64,000 bases of DNA from Klebsormidium nitens (taxonomy: Eukaryota > Plantae > Klebsormidiophyceae): NCBI GenBank assembly GCA_000708835.1, contig DF237179.1:62001-126000 (forward strand), given 5' to 3'. This document shows, piece after piece, positions 22,382 through 34,205 of the stretch. The notes under the pieces were generated by a model, which was not told the DNA's origin, searched no databases, and worked only from the letters and a program-made list of their open reading frames with translations. The translations under genes were made by a program, and so were the position numbers. Within the stretch, counting starts at the first letter, position 1; each line of letters opens with the position of its first letter.

Positions 22382-25300
22382 ATGGCCCGGTGTTGCCGCC
22401 CCGCTTCTAGATATGGGTGGAGCCTCGAAACACAAGTAGAGGGAGTCTCGCAAAAGGCGGAGACACCAGTTGTTTTACTGCGCGAAGGATGGACCAGAGG
22501 AGCACAACTGCAGCTTCTGCGGTGGTCATGCAAAAGAGGTCTGCAAGTGGGTGCTCTGCGCATGGTGGAACGTGAGGCTTTGGCAAAGCGCAAGGGGTTT
22601 CATGGAACTGTGGGGATGGGAGTTGCCCCTGTCGCTGGCAGTCGTCCGGTTGCTGTTCACAGCCTGTCCGATACTTCCTCTGATGAGGGGTTTCGAGCCG
22701 CTGTACAGGAGCTGTCTAAACCCCCAGCCGGCGCTACCAACGGCGCTCCCAGCCCGTCGTCTCCTGATAGCGCCCCCTCTAGTTTCCCCGACTCAGTTCC
22801 TCTCCACCAAAGTGAGGACGACGCCAGTGTCTCCAGCAGAACGTTCACTGTTGAGAAGGGACAGTCTCGGACCGCCAGACTGAATGGAGCTTCGGACGGT
22901 TCAGATGAGGCGCGATGGCAGTCGTCCCGGGGGGCGTCCAGCAGTGCTCCAAGAGACCCCTCTGAGAGATGGGAGAGGGGCGTCGTACGGCAGCGGCGGA
23001 CAGTGGTCGATCGCTGGGTGTCTAGCGATGATGAAGAGGACTACCTTTCTAGGAGACCGGCACGCTATGAAAAGTGGGACCGCAGTCTTGCCAGCGAGTA
23101 CTCAAACGCGGATCGCACTGATTTCAGGGGGCGTCACAGGCCTTGGGTCCGGGGGGCCCGGGCCCCGGTTTCGGAACCTGCGGAGGTGACAGGTGGCGAA
23201 GAGGGGGATGGACAGGTGGCCACGTTGCAGCGGCGCGTGCCGACAGAACTGTTGGCGATTGTCAGGAAAAGAAGGGCGCTAGAAAAAGCGCAGCAGGAAG
23301 GGTTGGCGAGGGGAAAAGTTTCGGACGTGCTGAAACAAGCGTCCAAATCCTTGGACGAATTAGAAAAGGGAAAGGCGGCACAAACCGGAAGTGTGACGAT
23401 CCAGCTGGAAGGTGATGCATCTGAAGGAGGTGAGGGGGGGATATCGGGAGTGGAGGTGCAATGGGGGAGGCGCTGGCGGAAGGCGCAAGAGCATGGGTTG
23501 CAAAGGTCATTGTCGCGGCAAGTAATAAGACTCGCTCGGCGGAAGCAGCTTGATAAGGTAAGGGGCTTTTCTTGCACCTCCTTTCTTAGACGCGCTTGTC
23601 ATCCAGTGCTTGGTGGTTCCAAGTGACCTTTTAGGCGCTATCTGCAATCACCGGGTGGCTCCTTGTGTTTGTTGGAGTCTGCTATACAGGTTTGTCGCCC
23701 AAGGCAGCTCAGCAGAATGGGTTCATGGCTGGCGCGTTGAACACAGCAGCCTGGGGCACCATTGCTTGGCGTGTTGTTGAGCATCTTTCACCTGCCAGTA
23801 ATGCATATTCGACTGGGTTGGTGCAATCAATGTGACAAGAATCGGCTGTTTCCCACCGTTGAATCGAGCAACTGATGACTGGACCAATGCGTACCACTTG
23901 GCTTTCCGCAGGTCTTTGCAGCAGTTGAAGATGCAAGAACAAAGGGCCTGCAGCCGGATCGCAAGACCCTGAACGCGGTCATCGCGGCGTGCGCGCACTG
24001 CGGCGATCCTGACCGGGCGCGCGACGTGTTTACTGAGATGGTGGCGAAGGGTGGGCCCGGCGTGAACGAAATCGCTTACGGCGCGCTCCTTAGGGTAAGA
24101 ACGTTTCGTTGGAATTTGGGTTTGTTAACGCGTAGAACTAGCATAACTCTGTGGTTTGTATGTTACCGGGCATGCATTGTCTTCACCGAGACGGTTGCAG
24201 AGGGTGGACCTGGCACGAACGAAATCATCTACGGCGCGCTTCTTAGGGTGCGGGTTCCCGAGATTTAACTTCGGGCTTGTTACGCCCACTGAATGGCGAT
24301 TGAGTACTAGGCTCTGGTTCTGTGAATTTGGTTTATTCTATGCTTCGTGGAGTTACGGGGCCCTTTGATAGAGCCTGGCTGCTGCAATGAGACACGTCCT
24401 CAGTGAAATATACTTTCAACCCCGCATATGAGGTCCGTCTCTTGTGCAGGCTCCAAAAGCCTTGCATGTCTTTCAAAAGTCGCTGTGACCGGATGTGACT
24501 TGGCTCCTGTAAGGCCCTGAGTGCCGCTGAGGAAGCCCCGCAGTTGCTCAAGACTGATTCTTCGTCACTGCCCTGGCTCCCTCCATGCACCAGCACGGAA
24601 TTTTCGAAGCTCAGACGAAGTTGCTCAATCGAATTTATTTTAACACTTTTCAGATGCTCAGCAGTAAGGTCTATGGAGTGCCTTTCCCGACAGGCCTTGG
24701 TTACTGCTGGACGCTCAACGCGGCTGCTCAGAAATGCATACCACTACCACAAACGCCCAACGTATTGAAGGAGACCTTTCGAACACTTTCAAGCTGTCAA
24801 TACTAAAAAGGCCAATTTTCTAGATTCTTTTGAGAGTCCTAAGCTCTAGAGCTTTGAAATGTTGTGCAGGCATATGGGGCTGCCGGGCGTGTCGAGGAGG
24901 CCCTCCGATTGCTCTCTCTCATGAGCTCCCCCACCGCCCCCGGCGCGCCCCAGGTTACGGACGTCCATGTGGCGACCGTCCTGAACGCGTGTGCGGACGC
25001 CGGGGACTCGCTGCGCGCGCGGCAGCTGCTCGAGTCGAGGGGGACGCGGACAACGCTCGCGTACAACATGCTGATCAAGGTGTGTGAAAGGCCGGTGCGA
25101 AAAGGCTGTAGAGCTTCAAGGATGGCTAGGACCGTGTGACCTAATTTTACGCGTATAAGCATTTGCGTGTAGCCAAGTCCTGAAGAGGAGGGTTTTAGCA
25201 TGCTGATCAAAGTGGGAATGAGCAACCGGAGATGTCAATACGCCACTCGCCTTTAATCAAGCTCCTGGAATCTGGCAGTGTCGAATGGCTGAATGATGAT

Positions 25301-28300
25301 CAGTTTCTGCCAGGAGCATATGACATGCTGGTCAAGGTGTGTGAATGGACCAGAGCTGTGAAGTTCTGCGAAAGATTCGAATTCGGACCGTGCCCGGGTT
25401 CGCTTAGACGAAATGTCCAGGTCATACGTTTAAAATCAGTTGCATGCAGCGAAGTCTTGAAGCAGGATTTCGCTTCTTAACATGCTGATCAAGGGTGGGA
25501 AAGAGCACCAGAGGTATGAGTACTTCTCGTGGCTCCGATCACGCTTCTTGGATATGGTATCCTCTGAGTGCCTACTCGGTCCTCTTCATAAGTGCAAGGT
25601 CATGTTCTTTTTTGGAACCACTCAAGAACGTCCCGAGAGCAGCGCTCCGCGCTAGCTGTGATCCAACGACGCCAAGCATTCCGTTTGCTTGAGACTTTCT
25701 GGCCTTTTAACATTGCCCGGTGTTTTTCAGGCGCATGCTAAGTCTGCCACTCCTCTGGGAGCGCTGCTGATCGTCGACGAGATGCGTGCGCACGGGCTGG
25801 CCCTGGACCGCAACACCTACAACAGTTTGATTCTGGCCTGTGTGAATGGGGACAACATGCCCAGGGCGTGGGAGTTGCTCAAGGAGATGAAGGTGAGGTT
25901 TCATAACCAGTTCCCGCTTCGGCTTCTAGTTTGGGTACACAACTTTTTGCATTCTGCTTGGGAGCCGGGTTGAAGCATGGAAGCATGCTCGCAAAGGGAA
26001 GTCGCCATATCGTTGTAAGGTCCTTTGAAGAAAATGTTGGAGTCTTTGAGGGATTTGCCTAGATTTGGTGCGTTGGATTTTGAGCGGCCTTGTAACAGGC
26101 CGATCTTGCCGGTCTCATTCCATAGTGTTGGTGGACCTTGTCATCAGGCACTGTACACGAGCTTTCAAAATAAATGGTTGCGAACAGTGGTCCTCAGATG
26201 CTCGGTATGTTTGCTTACAAGTGCGAACTTTAGAATGTCGTCAGTAGCTAACCAACCCGCCCATGTGCACTGAAGAAGTCGAGCATCCGCTTCTGTCTTG
26301 AATCCCCTGCTTCCAAACACCAGTCCGAACCGCGAGTCCCTCATCGCAGTCCGTTCACAGCTTCCAGCGTCCTGAAACGATCACTTCCGCCCCTGAAATT
26401 GCGACAACAGCTTAAAGTAACCATGTCAGCAACACATTCGAAAAGCAGGAACAAAAATTGTAGGGGATTCAGAGCTGAAAATTCTTTTCGCCCGCAGTCC
26501 CGTTCTAAGTTCCTGGAGAGCCTGCAACTAGCCCCCGACGCCGTCACGTATACGACGCTTCTGCGCGGCGTTGCGCGCCCCGGCGCGCTCGCGACCGTCC
26601 TCCGCCTCGCCGAGGAGATGCACACGTCATCGCCCACGTGTCGGTTCGACCGGGTCGCGTACGGCGCGCTCTTGGACGCATGCATTAAATGCGGGTCCCC
26701 CGACACCGCGGAAAGCGTTTTGGCCGAAATGGAGGAACGCGGGCGCGAGGATCCGAAACTGCGCCCGGGACCGTACGCGTTCCTGACGCTGATGCGCGCG
26801 TTTGCGGCGGACGGGGAATTAGAGCGGTGCGAGGAGCTGCGCGAGGCGATGTTCAGCAGCCGGTGCGCCGGGTGGGCGACCGTCGCGCAGCGGCAGGAGG
26901 CGGACGAGCTGTGCCTCGAGGCGGCGGTCGCCTCAGGTTATGTAAGCGCCCCCACTTAGATAGAAACGGGCTCCGGTTCACTTCCTAGCGTTCCGCCGGT
27001 CGAGAATCAAAAGTGTACTTTTGCAGTCTGCCAAAATTTCTGGTTTTGGATTCTTCTTGAACGTGTCGTGCCAAGAGACAATGGTCGCGCAAGGACATGT
27101 GATTACCCTCTCGTTTCCGCACCCTCAAGCGAAAAGACTGCAAGCTTGGAAGGTTCCGTTACTTTCCTCTCTTCGTTCGATCATTCCTGAATCTTCAATC
27201 TGCGAAGGTCGGTGACGCATTGCTATCGTTCCTTTTTATAAAATGATCGGTCTGAAGCGCGTCCCCCGCTTGTGACGGCCCCTCTGCGGCGTATGTTCGC
27301 ATCCTGTCTTTCTTGCATGGCTGTACATACCCTGGTCAGCATGCTCGTTGTTAGTTAAGCGTGCGACTATCCTATTCGCTCCTTCCAGGCTTCTTTCCTG
27401 GCTTGCGCTTCACGAGAATGGTGTGAAAGGGGTACCTCTCACCCTTGACCACATATAACCTTTGCGGAATGCCATTCTTAAAGTTCAGTCACAACTTCTG
27501 CTACTATACGTTCCTAAACCCACCATTTATTTTGTCACAGACCGGCCCCGCCAAGCGCCTGCTGCGCACCATGAAGGCCGTCAAGGAGGGCCGCTCCCTC
27601 TCGCAGCGCGCCACCGCCGCGCTCGTCCGCTTATACGCCTCCGAGGGCTTTCCGGCCCAAGACTCTTTCCGGCTGCAGCCCCTGAAGTTCCGGAAGGACG
27701 CCTCCCCAGCTGCGCGTGTGGTGACGAGAAGCCTTCCGGTTATTCCGGAGCTGATGTTTGTGACGGAAGACAAGGACTTGGGAGAGGTGGCGGTATTGCT
27801 GGAGGAGACGCCGGTGGTGCTGGTGGTTCGTGGGCAACCGGCCGAAGGAGGGACGGAGTTTGTGGGGTATCTGACCAAGGCGGAACTGCGAGGGGTGAGT
27901 TTTGCAATTATTAAGATTTACGTATACTGCCTTTGTCTAGGTTTTGCGTCTCAAATGACTGCAGGTATGCGGACGTCCCTTGGCTTTGCTCGGCGCGGTC
28001 TGGTATCGGCGTCGTTGACGTGTTAGGCCTTCCGGAGGGACTGCGCGTTTGAAAGTGTTTGGAAGCGTGCACCTTCGTGCATCGACCGTACTCTGTCGGA
28101 AAACGCGTGTGCAGCCTCTGATCAGAACGCAGGGAAGTCCAATCAAGTTCGTCTGGTTTCAGAACGTAGGGACCATTAACCAGGTTCGTCTAGTTTCCCG
28201 GTCAGTCACGGCGTGATCAAGTAGAGTCAATTTTGCACCGACTTCGCTTGACGTCGTGCATGCCTGTGGCTTGTCCATGGCTTTTACGACGGAGAGCCAT

Positions 28301-29021
28301 GGTTCTGGCGCTTCAAAACAGTCTACTCTGCTTAACTTCTGAAATACGAGTGTCTTTCCAGGGGGATCGCCAAGTAGCGGAGCTGATGCGGCCGCTGGCC
28401 CCCCCGATTGCGTTCGACGACCCCATCTCTCACGCCGCCACGCTGCTGCTGCAAAGCTCGAGCGAGGTCCTTCTGGTTGTCGAAACGGAGCCCAGAAGCC
28501 GTTCGAGGGGGCAAGAAACGCAGCCAAGCAACCCCCCCGGAGGCAAAGCGCTGGCGACGGTAGTTGGGATTGTGACACGTGGCCAGCTGTTTGAGGGGGT
28601 CTCTGAGGGCGGGGCGTCTTCCGGGTACCAGAGCGACGACGAGTCCGGTCTGGAGATGATCAAACAGGACTTGAGCAAGCGGGGGGCGGTGGTCTCCCCG
28701 CATAATCCGGAAGAGGTTCCGCGTAATCCGGAAGAGGGGCGGGCGTTTCCCTGGAGGTCCCGTCTGGCACAGTTATTCAGAAAGGGAGAATTGAGCGAAC
28801 TAGAAGGGGCGGAAAGCGAGGGGGAGATGGCGGTGGAAGACGATCTAGGGTTGGAAATGATCCGCCAAGACATGATGAAGTTGGACGGCGGTCCGGTCGG
28901 GAAGAAGAGCGGCGCGAAGAAGGACCAAAAGAGCAGGCGGGCGCTATCGCGGCTGGCATATCTGGAAGGACTTGACCTCGACACGGATGATTTGCTCGGG
29001 GCAGACAAGAGGAAAAGCTGA
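22382..29021 (+). CDS. PPR + CBS domain protein (At5g10690/CBSPPR1-like), about 1062 aa
   Basis: Exons 22382-23557, 23912-24094, 24870-25079, 25731-25892, 26498-26941, 27541-27894, 28362-29021, all phase 0. PPR motifs TLNAVIAACAHCGDPDRARDVFTEM, TYNSLILACV and PDAVTYTTLLRG, AYGALLDACIKCG. CBS motifs FVGYLTKAEL, VAELMRP and VVGIVTRGQL. A probable 5' UTR exon ends at the GTAAGG donor near 21844. Confidence 0.9.
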
Positions 29022-29948
29022 TAATAGTCTGTCCTAGGCTGCCTCGTTGTTATGTTGAGATGACTCCTGACTTTCAGTAGACGCGTTGTGCTTGACAGTT
29101 CGAGTCTTGTGAGAAATCTTGATGTGTTATTTCAATCGAGCATGGTGCAACACGTCATCTAACAGGATATCCGATTGTTGAGGCCAGGCTACAAAGGACA
29201 CAAGTAAGTCGCTGCTGAACCTGCACTTGGCATACTCTTGATCTCATCGATTCACTTACTCCATTCACTGGACATTGAATGTTAGTAAGCTTGATGCTTC
29301 TTATGTGTATGGCCGGACTCTCAGATCAATCATGGGCCTGTATCACTGATGATTACGAAAGGGTGTGAGCTTTCAAATGATCAGCAGTGGGGCAAATGAT
29401 ATATTCAGCGCAGGCGAGCCGTGCGCTCGCTGTTGTAGCGTTAGGAGATTGAGCGCGAGCGTTAGCGGCTGCTCGAAGAGCCATACATGGCATACGTAAT
29501 CTACCAAGGCAATCATCATCGGATGTTTACTTCAGCTTTACCTTACCGGCCATAACGTTCGACGAATGTGACTGCAGCATGTAGCGACCTAGACCGTTGA
29601 CCCATGAGCAGGCTACATTCAAAGCTACTCTCCTGGTCGCATGCGTTGGTCTGATGTGCATATGCCGCTTTATGCCGGTGACGCGTCATTAAATCTAAAG
29701 GGGCACTTTGTAGCGCGGCGCCCGCGAGTGATTGCAAAAGAAGGATCATAGATTGACTGTAGCAGCTAATGCGCCGCCTATGGACGTCACATTTCGGGTA
29801 TCATGCCTGCAGGACATTGGAAACAGTTTAACGACGTACTTGAAGCGAAGCGTTGCTTAAGATTTGCTTTTTGGCCGTTGCTTCCTCTTTACCCGGCTCT
29901 GGTTGCTGTACGTGAATAAAACCTGGCTTAGGGGAAATCTATCCTGCT

Positions 29949-30012
29949 GAACATACCCGGACATAACATACCATACCCGGACATAACATACCCGGACATA
30001 CCTGAACATAAC
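29949..30012. repeat. Short degenerate tandem repeat of ACATACCCGG/ACATA units
   Basis: acatacccggacataacataccatacccggacataacatacccggacatacctgaacata read directly. Confidence 0.85.
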
Positions 30013-30955
30013 GTGACCTCGTGCTCTGCACACCGTTGAGGCGGGCTCAGGTGCTGCGGCGCCCGCGGGTCCGGCCGGCTGCATACATACAATTGGACTG
30101 CCTTTTCTAAAATGATCCATTGACGTTCAAAATTAAGCATCAAATTGGCCCCAACATTGGGGCCACTCCGCACCTCTCTTGTTGGGCGATAGGATTCTCA
30201 GTAAGCAACCGCCGCGCGTCAGTAACGGGGAAGCTCCGACATCAGAAGTGTTGAGAACGGACAGCGTATCATTGCTGTTAGCTCGGCACGTGTGGCATCA
30301 GAACAAATTGAAGAGGGGCGTTCACCAGGCGCCGGGCAGGCGCCGCTATTTTTCAGTTCCGTTCCTATAATCTTGAACTTTGAGGCAACGCCTTTTAGCC
30401 GGGTAGAAGAACTTACATAAGAATCATTACGTCCTTCGATTGGTTTTTATGATTCCGAGCGGTCGTGAGCATCTGCACTAGAAAGGAGGCCTCGAATTCC
30501 GGACACCACCTTGCAGAAGCCGACTACGACGAGCCCGCACCAAGAACAACATTATGCAATATCAAACATCAGGCCCCAGCAATGTTAGCTGGCAACCTTA
30601 GAGTCCATCCAAAACTTTCTGGCCCTAAAGGTTACCCGGCAAACTTGTTCACTCTTGACTCTTTTTTGTGGATTAGACGGTTAAAAAATTCAAAAGCAGC
30701 GAAGAGTATATAGTTGCAGACGAACAAGTCCTACCAAGTTACTAGTACAAGTTGCATTCTGCTCATATCATCTATGGTTGCCAATGCCAAGCTGCTGATA
30801 CCGAAAATACATGAGAGACACCGCTGATTGATATCAACCTGGCTCAGTGTGGCTGAAACATAATTATATTAGATTCTGCAAGCTCATCTGTGCAAGGCGA
30901 GTGGCGCTGAATCACTGAGTCAAGCAGAGATTGAATCAGAGACTAGCAAACAAGG

Positions 30956-31258
30956 TCAGCGCATGCAGAAAAGGGCACGATCATGGTTACTACCCTTCAA
31001 CAAGTCGAGAAGCATTTCAGCTTCGTTTTGAAGGAGCACTTGCATCTGGTGCTGGTGTAATATCCGCTCTTGGACGAGGTCGAGCTCCCACACTATCATG
31101 TCCACCATGTCTGGTTTCTTCAAGACAGACTTCTTTCTGGCTTCTTCTTCGAGCTCCTTCTCCCTCTTTTGCCATTTCAGAATCTTCTCCTCGTCTCGTA
31201 GAAGCCGTTCTCCAAGCTCTACGAGTTCTTTTTCAATGAATTCAAGGGACAACGACAT
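30956..31258 (-). CDS. Small coiled-coil hypothetical protein (100 aa)
   Basis: ATG-started ORF rich in E/K/L with heptad character (LEFIEKELVELGERLLRDEEKILKWQKREKELEEE). A GC-rich island lies about 130 bp upstream. No recognised homolog. Confidence 0.5.
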   Translation of the reverse strand: MSLSLEFIEKELVELGERLLRDEEKILKWQKREKELEEEARKKSVLKKPDMVDMIVWELDLVQERILHQHQMQVLLQNEAEMLLDLLKGSNHDRALFCMR

Positions 31259-32708
31259 GGTGTGAATCTGAGCTGTCTTTAGCCTTCAGTAACCTGCTTT
31301 GCACCTTCGCCCGTCTGAGCTGTTGCCAAGATTGAGGCGATGAAGCGACGCTGCCTGTTTGCACAAGGGCCTTTCACGATTCTGTGTGCGCGCCTGTGCG
31401 CGCCGCGCGCGGTATTTGATTGATGACTCTGGAAAGTTGCACCGGGGGCGGCCGCGGCTGGAGGTTTAGGCGAGGTCAAAGATTTTGAGGGCGGCTTCGA
31501 CTATCTGCACCGTTCGATGCAGCTGCTGCGTACGATCGCACGGCAGCTGTGCTGCCGCTCAGGGTTTGCTCTTTGATTTGCTGCCGCACTCTGCCGCGGC
31601 TGTTCATCCGTCGACAGTGTGAACACTGAAATCTTCTGAGTGCTTGGTCACGTAGCTTGACTGATCGTGAGATCGTCAAAACTTCTCATATCTTGGGGGC
31701 CGCTTCGCGACTGCACAGCTGACAGAATGCTGTCAGCAACTTTGCACAACAAGGTGCAGATACGCAAGCTTGAAACAAATGACTTTGAACAAACCAAATT
31801 CTGCTGGTTTGCGGTCTATGTCAAATTTGACTGCTCGTGTTTCTTCATTGCCGTTAGGTGCATCTGCAAAAGCCTTTAGGAGTAGTCCCATGCGGTTCTG
31901 CGAAAACGAGCTGTGGAATGAGCAGAAAATTAAGGCTCCAAGCTATCAAGCTAATCCCAGAATGTTACAGACATGAGTTGCGATGTAATTCCAGGGACAA
32001 AAGGAAGATTTCAACGCCTATTCACGGGCCGGGTGCTCCTTCAAAGAGGAGAACCATCGACTGCGTCGAGCAGGTCCGTCAAGGAAGTAATAGAAAAAGT
32101 TCTCTGGAGGCTAAGTCAACAAGAGGAAGTCAACAAGAATTCAACGAGAGGAAGTCAACAAGAATTCAAAAAGAAGAGTCGACAAGAAGTCAACAAGAGG
32201 TCACGAGAAGGTCAACAACAGGAGAGCAGGAGCAGCCCCGATGACGAAGTGGGTGAGCTTTGGAAGAGCTCGCTTCAGCGTGGCGGCAGAAGCTGATCAA
32301 TCAATCAAGAGTCACACGGTGCTCAATCTGTTGGAGTGGATTTGGTTCAGAAGCATGCACGAGATTGCAAGAAACGATGGTGAAATTTTGGAAGCATCAG
32401 CCAGGGCTTTGGGCAGGTTGCAGTGGTTTGTGAACAGATTATTGCAAGAAATCGTTAGATTAGAGTGGTAGAGCAGGTGGTCAGCAGGTATGCACATAGC
32501 TATAGCAAGGATTGCGGTTCTAGTTCATTCCCTGTGTCCATCGTTTGTTCATCGATAGAATGCCCCTGCGCTTTGCCGTGCAGAAACGACACACTTTCTT
32601 CGTCCAACCGGGTCATTGTCCAACAACATCAGGCGGATCGGGTGGATCGCGAAAAGCTGGCTTCATCGATAGCGGTCGCAGAAGTTGGCCCAAGAACTAG
32701 AGGTGAGT

Positions 32709-32915
32709 GAAGTGGTGTCTCAGATGCTGCCCTTCTTGCTGTCTGGCGCCCGGCGCCTCCGGGCGTCTGGCGCCTCCGGGCGTCGGCAGCTCAGGCTGTC
32801 GGCGGCTCCGGGCGTCGGCAGCTCCGGCTGTCGGTGGCTCCGGCCGCTTACGTCTGCGGACGGAGGGCTTAAATTTGCCCGACAGCAAGGGGGGCAGCAT
32901 CTGAGACACCACTTC
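32709..32915. repeat. Foldback / MITE-like element: about 39-bp inverted repeat around a GC-rich minisatellite
   Basis: The left arm is GAAGTGGTGTCTCAGATGCTGCCCTTCTTGCTGTCTGGC. The reverse complement of the right arm is GAAGTGGTGTCTCAGATGCTGCCCCCCTTGCTGTCGGGC. Internal 16-bp units are of GGCGCCTCCGGGCGTC/GGCAGCTCCGGCTGTC type. No TSD found. Confidence 0.8.
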
Positions 32916-34205
32916 CATATCTTTCTGGGCTTGACTTGTCGCTGTAGTGTTATGATTGAAGTGTGGTTCTTGAGAGTGCTGCTTTTCGGAGGTTGATGAG
33001 GTGAATGAAGCTGCTGCTTTTCCAAAGCTTCGTGTCAAATGCTTGCGGATTAGTCTTAGCTTGCGGTCTTGGCTTGGCTTGGAGAGGACGTTCTCGTGCT
33101 CAATGTATTGAAATGGGTTTTGATCAGCAACGTGCAGTCCTCGGACAGTTGATGTTGCAGTGTTGGTAGCAGCAGCTAGGCTTTGATAGGTTTTCGTGAT
33201 TTTGAAACTCGGCTCGTCATAGCATGATATTCATGTAAATAAGCTAAGGATAGGATTCAGACTTGGACCATGTGCAGCTTTTCAAATGCATGAACGAACT
33301 TCATTGAGAGGGGCAGATCGGCTTTGGATTCAATCAGACGGCTACGCTGGAACTTAGCTTTCTGGACCATTCGAGCTAGACGAGCATGGGTCGTCGAACC
33401 ACGGAACTTGATTTTGTTGCACCAAGGAACTAGCCTAAGCGCCATGTTCGGACAGCGCATGATAACAGCATGTCATGCAATCATTTGTCATGACGCAAAA
33501 TTAAATGTTCTACTCCAAAGATAGAGTGTCTGATACTCCGGTTCGGTCGCGGGCCCCATGGAGGTAAAGCTCAATTGAAAGCATTCCCCGTTGCATGTGT
33601 ACCAACCAGGGTGCCCTCTCTTCTTTGCACCCCGGCAGTCTGCAGTCACCTGTGCTTTTAGTTCACGCCTTGTATAACAAATTCTACACAAAAGACGGTC
33701 ACACATGTGACCTTCCATATGCTGCGATGGGAATTTCGATATACATCAGGTCGAGTCTCCGATCGAGTTGATTATCAGCTCACCGCTTAATCATGCATGC
33801 GCCCATGTGTGTCCTAGATAAAAGCTCATGCGTTGAGTAACTTACGATAAGAGTACGTTTGGCGCTTCTGGCCACGAATACACCGTGCCACAATCAGGTC
33901 CATTCATATTCGAGCTGTCACGCGTGGGTCCGAAGACTGGTCAAGGTTGCGGGCCGACTCTAGCGAGTCATCAGTTGGCTCATGTCGGATGATCTCATTC
34001 ATCGGTGTGCAAAAGACGGCCACTTTGGATTGTGTACAAGCGAGCATCTAGAAGTCTCTTGGGCCAGAGGAGAAATTGCATTTGGCATGCGCACATGAGC
34101 AACGTTAGTGGTCGTTATGTTAACCTACGGTCACGGTGTTAGTATAGACGATAAGCATCAGCAGCGAAGAGTCCTAAAAGCTGAGCTGAAGTACAACTGA
34201 GTCAG

